DNA of 64,000 nucleotides, taken from contig JAYEFY010000048.1 of NCBI GenBank assembly GCA_034658815.1, positions 62,020 through 126,019 on the forward strand, in the 5' to 3' direction. The notes beneath the pieces were generated by a model. It saw only the letters and a list, made by a program, of their open reading frames with translations, had not been told where the DNA came from and made no database searches. Positions 56,841-64,000 of the stretch are shown here, in pieces (the first letter of the stretch is position 1; the number at the start of each line of letters is the position of its first letter). Position numbers and translations under genes: made by a program. This DNA comes from Patescibacteria group bacterium. Its GTDB lineage: Bacteria > Patescibacteriota > Minisyncoccia > Moranbacterales > DUUL01.

Positions 56841-58781
56841 ATGAAAAAAATTGGAAAAATTATTCTAATTGCCATATTTGTTTTTCTTGTTTTCTCGGGT
56901 CTTGTGACGCTCTATACTGCTGATATTGAAAAAATAGAAAAAGTTGATCTTTCGACCGTTGCGTTACAGATAAATGAAGATAAAGTAAAAAGTATCCAAG
57001 TTTCGGGAAGCAAGCTTGAAATTGAATTGCATGACGGCACGAAAGAGCAATCAAGAAAAGAAGCAGAGTCGTCTCCTACAGAAACGTTTGCCAATCTTGG
57101 AGTGGAAAAAAGCAAACTTCAAAATGTTAAGATCGAGATCAAAGACACATCCGGCGCTGATCTATGGCTGACAGTGATCTTGCCATTTCTTCTGCCGTTC
57201 ATGCTTATAGCATTTTTTATTTGGTTTTTGATGCGTCAAGCGCAACGCGGCAGTAATCAAGCAATGATGTTTGGTTCATCGCGTGCAAAGATGTTAACTC
57301 CAACAAAAAATGGGAAAGACAAAATAACATTTAAAGATATCGCCGGAGCGAAAGAAGCGAAAGAGGAGCTTCATGAAATAGTGGAATTTTTAAGTGATTC
57401 AAAAAAATTCTTTCGGCTTGGCGCGCGCATTCCACGCGGTGTTTTATTACTCGGACCTCCCGGAACAGGGAAAACATTAATGGCAAAAGCGGTTGCCGGA
57501 GAAGCCAACGTTCCGTTTTTTACGATCTCAGGATCAGAGTTTGTTGAAATGTTTGTGGGTGTGGGAGCGTCTCGCGTACGGGATTTGTTCAAACAGGCCA
57601 AGAAAAACGCTCCATCAATCGTGTTTATTGATGAAATTGATGCTGTTGGACGCCATCGCGGCGCCGGACTTGGAGGGGGGCATGATGAACGCGAACAGAC
57701 ATTGAACCAAATACTTGTTGAAATGGATGGTTTTGATACCAACACTAACGTTATTGTAATTGCCGCGACAAACCGGCCTGATATTCTTGATCCGGCGCTG
57801 CTTCGTCCCGGACGATTTGACCGCCGTGTTATTATTGAAAATCCTGATATAGTTGAGCGCGAAGCGATTCTTAAAATTCATATCAAAGGAAAACCGCTAA
57901 AAAAAGATATCAATCTTCGCCAAATTGCGGAACGGACTCCGGGTTTTTCCGGCGCTGATCTGGCAAATCTCGTCAATGAAGCCGCGATTATTGCCGCGCG
58001 AAGAAGTAAAAAAGCGACAGGTATGCAAGAGTTAAGAGAAGCAATCGAAAAAGTACTTCTCGGTCCGGAACGTCGAAGCCACATTTTATCCAAAGAAGAA
58101 AAGAAAATCATCGCTTACCACGAAGCCGGACACGCGTTGGCTGCGACGTTATTTCCAAAGGCGGATCCAGTACAAAAAGTATCGATCATTTCACGCGGAC
58201 ATGCCGCCGGTTATACGCTTAATGTTCCGAAAAGTGACAGATCTCTCCACTTTCGCTCCTATTACCTTGATCAAATTTCCGTTTTGCTGGCGGGATATGT
58301 AGCCGAAGAAATGATCTTTGGAGAAGTAACAACCGGCGCGTCGAATGATCTTGAAAAAGCTACGGAAATCTCACGAAAACTTGTCACAAGATTCGGTATG
58401 AGTAAATTGGGTCCAATGACATTTGGCAAAAGCGAAGAAATGATATTTTTGGGGAAAGAAATTCATGAGCAGAAAAATTATTCGGAAAAAACAGCGGAAG
58501 AGATTGATGAACAAGCAAGCAATCTTATAAAGAACGCGCATGATCGAGCCAGCAAGGCGCTTGCCGAGAACAAGGATACTTTGAAACGAATAGTCCGGGC
58601 GCTTATTAAAAAAGAAACGCTTGAAAAGGAGGAATTTGATAAGATTATAGCAGGTGAAGAGGTGGAAAATGATGTTGAAAGCGGCCAGGAAAAGCAAAAA
58701 GAGAATGGCAGTAAAAATAATAAGGAAATGAAAGAAATGAAAGAAATGAAGGAAGTGAAAGAAAGGAAAGGAAGCAAGTGA
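56841..58781 (+). CDS. ftsH: ATP-dependent zinc metalloprotease FtsH
   Basis: [29 protein letters not shown]. Confidence 0.97.
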   Translation: MKKIGKIILIAIFVFLVFSGLVTLYTADIEKIEKVDLSTVALQINEDKVKSIQVSGSKLEIELHDGTKEQSRKEAESSPTETFANLGVEKSKLQNVKIEIKDTSGADLWLTVILPFLLPFMLIAFFIWFLMRQAQRGSNQAMMFGSSRAKMLTPTKNGKDKITFKDIAGAKEAKEELHEIVEFLSDSKKFFRLGARIPRGVLLLGPPGTGKTLMAKAVAGEANVPFFTISGSEFVEMFVGVGASRVRDLFKQAKKNAPSIVFIDEIDAVGRHRGAGLGGGHDEREQTLNQILVEMDGFDTNTNVIVIAATNRPDILDPALLRPGRFDRRVIIENPDIVEREAILKIHIKGKPLKKDINLRQIAERTPGFSGADLANLVNEAAIIAARRSKKATGMQELREAIEKVLLGPERRSHILSKEEKKIIAYHEAGHALAATLFPKADPVQKVSIISRGHAAGYTLNVPKSDRSLHFRSYYLDQISVLLAGYVAEEMIFGEVTTGASNDLEKATEISRKLVTRFGMSKLGPMTFGKSEEMIFLGKEIHEQKNYSEKTAEEIDEQASNLIKNAHDRASKALAENKDTLKRIVRALIKKETLEKEEFDKIIAGEEVENDVESGQEKQKENGSKNNKEMKEMKEMKEVKERKGSK

Positions 58782-58934
58782 ACTCGTCATACCCCGTTTA
58801 TTCTGTAGAATAGAAATGTTTTGTTATACTGGGAATAGTCTTGTATTACACGATAAGTCTAATAAGTAAATTATATACGACTATTACACATGGTAGCATT
58901 CTGCGCTACAGCGTGTAGTTTTTGTTTTTAAGGG

Positions 58935-59501
58935 ATGAATCAAATGATCATCGGTCTGGTCGGTGAGACGGGGTCTGGTAAAGATACCGTAGCTGATCAT
59001 CTTCATGACAAATATGGCGCAAAGTTAATGAGATTTGCCGATCCAATGAAAAGCACGTTGTCGATATATTTTGACAAGCTTTCTAAGGCGGATCAGCAAT
59101 GGTTTTACCATGTATTTAAACAGCGATTCGGAGAGGATATTCTGTGTCGTGCAATGAGGAAACATCTTGAGCGCGAAGCTGCGCAACTTATAATGATAAA
59201 TGGTCTTCGAATGCCTTGTGACCATGATTTTATTAAAAGTTATCCGCGCGCGAAAGTACTATACGTAACTGCTGATCAGAAAATACGCTGGCAGAGAGTA
59301 ACAAGCCGTGGAGAAAAAACCGACGACAATATTTCTTTTGAGAAATTTAAAGAACTTGATAAGCAGGAGACAGAGATACATATTCCCGAAATTGGCAAAA
59401 AAGCCGATAAAACAATTGTAAATGAGAAAGATCTGGAGTATTTGCTTTCAGAGACCGATAAATTTATGGAAGAATTGAAAATTAAAAAAAAGCAGGTTTA
59501 A
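58935..59501 (+). CDS. P-loop nucleotide kinase (dNMP/dephospho-CoA kinase-like)
   Basis: IIGLVGETGSGKDT, RFADP, I.GLR, RW.R...R. Confidence 0.8.
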   Translation: MNQMIIGLVGETGSGKDTVADHLHDKYGAKLMRFADPMKSTLSIYFDKLSKADQQWFYHVFKQRFGEDILCRAMRKHLEREAAQLIMINGLRMPCDHDFIKSYPRAKVLYVTADQKIRWQRVTSRGEKTDDNISFEKFKELDKQETEIHIPEIGKKADKTIVNEKDLEYLLSETDKFMEELKIKKKQV

Positions 59502-59570
59502 AAAGAGAAACACAGAATTAGTTTTTGCGTAAACAATGCTAAAAAAGCTTGTAAGTTAAAAACATAAAAA

Positions 59571-60110
59571 ATGCAGAACAAAAAAGCAAAAACGACGCGC
59601 TTAAGTTGGGATGAAACATTTATGAATTTAGCGCTTTTGGTCGCGAAACGAACATCTTGCAAGTTTCATGAAACGGGTGTTGTTTTCGTGGATAAACGGA
59701 AAAGGATCATTTCTATGGGTTACAATGGTCCCACTGAAGGAGATTTACATTGCATCGAGGTTGGGTGCGCAAAAGTCGATGGCGATCCTAAAACAGGAAA
59801 ACTGTACAGATGCCGAGGCGCTCATGCCGAAATAAACGGCATTATTAACGCGCAAGATACGCGGAGACTGCGGGAAGCTACGGCGTATTTGGTTCTTTTC
59901 CCGTGTTACGATTGTATGAAGGCGCTTAATAACGCCGGGGTAAAAGAAATTGTTTATTATGAAGAATATAAAAGGATTCAAACAGGCGGCGAAAAATTTG
60001 AAGAAGAAGACGAGGCCCATGATTTGGCGAAAAAAAGAGGAATTAAAATCAGAAAATATAAAGGGGCGATCTACTGCAGTCATGAAAAACAAGCTCAATG
60101 CGATTGTTAA
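59571..60110 (+). CDS. dCMP deaminase (ComEB-like)
   Basis: WDETFM, GYNG, HAEIN, PCYDC. Confidence 0.92.
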   Translation: MQNKKAKTTRLSWDETFMNLALLVAKRTSCKFHETGVVFVDKRKRIISMGYNGPTEGDLHCIEVGCAKVDGDPKTGKLYRCRGAHAEINGIINAQDTRRLREATAYLVLFPCYDCMKALNNAGVKEIVYYEEYKRIQTGGEKFEEEDEAHDLAKKRGIKIRKYKGAIYCSHEKQAQCDC

Positions 60111-60203
60111 AAAATGGCAGGATAGGACATAAATAAAAGTGCGAAAATTAATACGGCGTTTTATTTTAGTGATAAAACGGAGGAGAAATGCAAATATAAT
60201 TAT

Positions 60204-61022
60204 ATGGGAAAAGTATTGAAATTAAATGAAATTAATAAATTCATAAAACCTTATTCTTCTGTTTCTGCTGGCGGTTTTTTTGATTTATTGCACATTGGGC
60301 ATGTTCGTTTTTTAAAAAAATGTTCTAAATTTAAATATCCTCTAGTGGTTAGTATAATGTCTGATAAATATGTAAGGTCTATGAAAGGATTAGGGCGGCC
60401 AATTCAAAATCAAAATGATAGAGCTGAGATTATTGCTTCGCTAGGCTTTGTTGATTATTCCGTAATTATGAATTTACCATCTTATGATTTTAGATATTTA
60501 AGTATCTTAAAACCTAAAATATATATATTTTCCAAAGAAAACCTTGAATTTAGATTAGACAAAAAAAGAGAAATTGAAAACAAATATCCTAAAACAAGAG
60601 TTGTCTTTTTGCCTATACAATCTAAAAAAATAAGTACTTCATTGCTAGAACGAAATATTATCAAAAATGAACTAAAAAAATTAAGAGATCCAATCAAATT
60701 TGAAGTATACAAAATAGCTGCCCGAAGCAATGTTGAAATAGGTAATGTCGGGACGTTAATTGTTTATAAAAATAAGATTGTAGCAAAAGCTTGCAATACA
60801 AGCAAGGAACATGCTGAAATGCGTGCTCTGCGGATCGCGAAAAGAAAAAAGATTCCTCTTTCTAAGTGTAAAATATATTCAACCATACCACCGTGTAAAT
60901 TATGCGCTGAAAAAATAGTTCAACATAAAATCAAAGAAGTTTATTATATGGATACTTGCTTTAAAGGCGAAGGATTAAACTTTTTAGAAAAAAATAACAT
61001 TAAAGTATTAAAATATAATTAA
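60204..61022 (+). CDS. Fusion of a cytidylyl/adenylyltransferase (RfaE/TagD-like) and a Zn-dependent nucleotide deaminase
   Basis: [16 protein letters not shown]...DRAE, ISTS; then HAE, PPCKLC, I.EVYY. Confidence 0.85.
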   Translation: MGKVLKLNEINKFIKPYSSVSAGGFFDLLHIGHVRFLKKCSKFKYPLVVSIMSDKYVRSMKGLGRPIQNQNDRAEIIASLGFVDYSVIMNLPSYDFRYLSILKPKIYIFSKENLEFRLDKKREIENKYPKTRVVFLPIQSKKISTSLLERNIIKNELKKLRDPIKFEVYKIAARSNVEIGNVGTLIVYKNKIVAKACNTSKEHAEMRALRIAKRKKIPLSKCKIYSTIPPCKLCAEKIVQHKIKEVYYMDTCFKGEGLNFLEKNNIKVLKYN

Positions 61023-61032
61023 TTCATTAAGC

Positions 61033-62034
61033 ATGCGAAAACAGCATCCAGAACATCAATATCTTAATCTCCTTCAAGACATTTTAGATAACGGGTCCGA
61101 TAAAGAACTTTTTTTTACCCCGGAAGTTTTACAGCAATATAAGGATAGAGGCGTTGGGCCGCCTTATATCCGGTCTGTTTTTGGCAGGCAAATCCGCTTT
61201 GATTTGTCAAAAGGTTTTCCTTTGCTAACTACCAAGAAAACATTTATCCGCGGCATTATTTCCGAACTGCTTTGGTTTTTAAAAGGCGATTCTAATGTTA
61301 AATATTTAGTTGATCGCGATGTTCATATCTGGGACGAATGGGCTTGGAAAGGATATCATAAACATTGTTTGGAAAATTGTCCTGAAAAAGATATATCCCA
61401 GGAAGAATTTATAGCAAAATTAAAAGAACTGTCTGCTGATGACGAATTTGTAAAAAAATGGGGCGACCTAATTACTATTTACGGAACAATGTGGCGCAAA
61501 TGGCCGGCTTCGGACGGCAGGGAAATTGATCAGCTTGGCTGGGTTATTCAAGGATTAAAAGACAAGCCGTTTCGCAAGTCTTATGTTGTGTCAGCATGGA
61601 ACCCGGATTTTATTTATGCTATGGCTTCTGAAAAAAATAAAAATGAAGTTCCGCCTTTTTGCCATACCACCTATCAATTCGCGGTTACTAATGGCAATAA
61701 ATTAAATTTAGGATTATATCAAAGAAGCGCTGATGTATTTTTGGGCGTTCCGTTTAACATAGCAAGCTACGCCTTGCTTTTAATGATGGTCGCGCAAGTA
61801 ACTGGATTAGAAGCAGGAGATTTTGTGCATACATTCGGCGATGTACATACTTATTCCAATCATGTTGATCAGATAAAAGAACAGCTGTCCCGCGAACCCA
61901 GACCATTTCCAACTATGAAATTAAATCCAGAAATTAAAAATATTGATGATTTTAAATACGAGGATTTTACTTTAGAAAACTATAATCCGCATCCGGCCTT
62001 AAAAGCGGAAATTGCCAATATCGGAGGGTTTTAA
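61033..62034 (+). CDS. thyA: Thymidylate synthase
   Basis: [43 protein letters not shown]. Confidence 0.95.
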   Translation: MRKQHPEHQYLNLLQDILDNGSDKELFFTPEVLQQYKDRGVGPPYIRSVFGRQIRFDLSKGFPLLTTKKTFIRGIISELLWFLKGDSNVKYLVDRDVHIWDEWAWKGYHKHCLENCPEKDISQEEFIAKLKELSADDEFVKKWGDLITIYGTMWRKWPASDGREIDQLGWVIQGLKDKPFRKSYVVSAWNPDFIYAMASEKNKNEVPPFCHTTYQFAVTNGNKLNLGLYQRSADVFLGVPFNIASYALLLMMVAQVTGLEAGDFVHTFGDVHTYSNHVDQIKEQLSREPRPFPTMKLNPEIKNIDDFKYEDFTLENYNPHPALKAEIANIGGF

Positions 62035-62052
62035 AAGTTAAAAAGTTTAATT

Positions 62053-62523
62053 ATGGTCTCAATAATAGTCGTAATTGGCAAAAACAGGGAAATTGGCTGC
62101 AACAATAAATTACTTTGGGATATTCCCGAAGACATGGAAAGATTCAAAAGAATTACAACGGGGCACACAGTGATAATGGGTGACAAAACATATGAATCAA
62201 TCGGATATCCGCTTCCCGGGCGCAAAAATGTTGTAGTGACTCTTGATAAAAATTACAAAGCCGAGGGATGCGAAGTGAAGTACTCTCTGGAAAATGTGCT
62301 TAATGATGCCAAAGAAGGCAGTGAAGAAGTTTTCGTTATCGGTGGCGGACAAATATACAAGCAATCGCTGCCCTATACTGATAAACTCTATTTAACAATT
62401 GTTGATGACGCACCGCAAGCCGACACGTATTTTCCCGACTATTCGGAATTCAAAAAAGTTTTAAGTGAAGAAAAAAAGGAACACAATGGAATAAAATACA
62501 GATTTCTAGAATTAGTCAAATAG
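62053..62523 (+). CDS. folA: Dihydrofolate reductase
   Basis: IG..N.L.W.IPED..RF, IMG.KT.ESIG.PLPGR, VIGGG.IY, DTYFP. Confidence 0.95.
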   Translation: MVSIIVVIGKNREIGCNNKLLWDIPEDMERFKRITTGHTVIMGDKTYESIGYPLPGRKNVVVTLDKNYKAEGCEVKYSLENVLNDAKEGSEEVFVIGGGQIYKQSLPYTDKLYLTIVDDAPQADTYFPDYSEFKKVLSEEKKEHNGIKYRFLELVK

Positions 62524-62550
62524 CTGAATAAATGATTTAAAACATACAAA

Positions 62551-63099
62551 ATGATTTTAGGGATCAAAGAACTGCACAAACTTGTCAAAGAAAAAGGTCT
62601 CGTTGAAAATTTATGCGACAGGGAACTGAATAATCCCGAGGGTGCCGGTTTTGATCTGCGCTTGGGAGAGGTTTATGAATTAGAAGGAGATGGATTTCTA
62701 GGTGTTGAAGACAGAAATACGCCTGATGCCAGGTTGGTCGCTAGTTTTGATCCCAAAAAAACGGAAAAGGAAAACTGTTTTGTTTTTGGACCGGGGAAAT
62801 ATCATCTCATCAAAACCATAGAGAAGGTGAATCTTTCTATTGATCTTTCCGGAATAATTTTTCCTCGTACGACGATGTTTCGTTCAGGACTGGGGCTTTT
62901 CAATGGTGTTGTACAACCCGGATACTCAGGCGAGTTAACGTTTGGCGTTTGCAATCTCGGACGCAGTAATATTAAAGTTTCTCTCGGTGCACGCGTGGTA
63001 CATATTACGTTTCATGAGGTTTTTGGAAAAGGCAGCCAATATCGCGGACAATGGCAAGGAGGGCGCGTCAGCACTGAAAGAAAAGAAACTCAGGTCTAA
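62551..63099 (+). CDS. dCTP deaminase/dUTPase superfamily protein
   Basis: GFDLRL, PRTT.FRSG, PGYSG.L, YRGQWQG. Confidence 0.85.
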   Translation: MILGIKELHKLVKEKGLVENLCDRELNNPEGAGFDLRLGEVYELEGDGFLGVEDRNTPDARLVASFDPKKTEKENCFVFGPGKYHLIKTIEKVNLSIDLSGIIFPRTTMFRSGLGLFNGVVQPGYSGELTFGVCNLGRSNIKVSLGARVVHITFHEVFGKGSQYRGQWQGGRVSTERKETQV

Positions 63100-63109
63100 A
63101 GATATAAAA

Positions 63110-63277
63110 ATGGATAGTCGTGATAATAAAACAAAAAATGTTTTTTCAACTGCTTACGCTGAAGCAGTTGAGAGGCATAGAGCGTATAAAACAAAAAATC
63201 TCAAAAAGATTGAACGGTTAAAAAAGAAATTAAAGGGCACCATCGACAGATTTTTAATGAAATGCAGAGGCTATTAG
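63110..63277 (+). CDS. Small basic hypothetical protein (55 aa)
   Basis: ATG at 63110 after an A-rich leader; fills the gap in the operon. Confidence 0.45.
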   Translation: MDSRDNKTKNVFSTAYAEAVERHRAYKTKNLKKIERLKKKLKGTIDRFLMKCRGY

Positions 63278-63330
63278 TTAGCATTGAAGTCTCAAGACTA
63301 AGATAATTAAAAGTTAACAATTATTGTGTC

Positions 63331-63930
63331 ATGAAAAAACATCACAAAAAGATCTTTGCCGTTGTGGGAATGGCAGGCAGTGGGAAAACTGAAGCAATTG
63401 AATATCTCAAGAGAAAGTTTCACTGGCCCAAAGTCTATTTTCCAGAAAGTCTTTTTAATGAGATTGAAAAACGAGGGCTTGAACTTAATTGGGACAACGA
63501 GCGCAAAATGAGGGAAGGTCTTCGCGGAGAGCACGGCCAAGGTGTTTTTGCAAAGCTGTCGTTGCCAAAAATCCAAAAGATGTTCAAGCAAAGTGACGTG
63601 GTGCTGGTGGAAAGCTTATACAGCTGGGATGAATACAAGATCATTAAACGCTCCTATCCTGATTATTTTGAAGTTATTGCCGTGTACGCATCTCCGGCTG
63701 TGCGGTTTGAACGATTGCAAAATAGAAAGATCCGGCCGATCAAAACCTTCAAAGAATTTCAAGAGCGGGATGAGAGCGAGATCAAGGTAACTGGCAAAGG
63801 AGGCCCGATCGCCATAGCGGATCACACGATTATCAATCATGGATCAATTAATAATCTTTACAGTGAGGTTGATAAGATAATGGTCGAAGAGGGAATCACG
63901 GAAAGTCCTCGTGCATCCGACGATCAGTGA
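63331..63930 (+). CDS. P-loop kinase (archaeal dephospho-CoA kinase/UPF0200-like)
   Basis: VVGMAGSGKT, E...RE.LR..HG, RF.RL..R, RD..E......GPIA.AD. Confidence 0.82.
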   Translation: MKKHHKKIFAVVGMAGSGKTEAIEYLKRKFHWPKVYFPESLFNEIEKRGLELNWDNERKMREGLRGEHGQGVFAKLSLPKIQKMFKQSDVVLVESLYSWDEYKIIKRSYPDYFEVIAVYASPAVRFERLQNRKIRPIKTFKEFQERDESEIKVTGKGGPIAIADHTIINHGSINNLYSEVDKIMVEEGITESPRASDDQ

Positions 63931-64000
63931 AAACAGAAACTGTAAAAATATATTGATAATATGGTGGTGCGTGGTGTTGACGAATAAGAATGTTTCGTGT

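Overview
64-kb chromosomal segment, most likely from a Patescibacteria/CPR (Parcubacteria, Moranbacteria-like) bacterium. This is inferred from gene content and protein style; genetic code 11. The backbone is housekeeping: ftsK, comEC, lepB-hisS-hit-rpsU-yqeY-ybeY-dgkA, rpsF-ssb-rpsR, efp, map, galT, tpiA, fba, rny, HU, pilB/pilC, rpsA-cmk-tilS-ftsH, and a dTMP-synthesis cluster. No tRNA, rRNA or CRISPR array was recognised. The intergenic space is full of small mobile or structured elements. Top finding: a 321-bp element (28526-28846) with perfect 14-bp terminal inverted repeats and a 4-bp TTTA target duplication. It encodes only an 87-aa GIY-YIG nuclease and sits inside the 3' end of a tyrosine-recombinase gene, whose C-terminus is restored when the element is removed in silico. 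Other highlights: three divergent paralogs of an unrecognised ~100-aa domain around a DUF167 gene; a divergent SecA coupled to a cohesin-like protein and followed by a Ca-repeat sortase; a nucleotidyltransferase-deaminase fusion in the thymidylate cluster; an OmpA/lipoprotein island whose small proteins share a C-terminal motif; MITE families with co-varying ends; a cargo-disrupted IS containing a perfect 34-bp palindrome; and a candidate 6S RNA upstream of rny. All calls are by eye, with no database searches.
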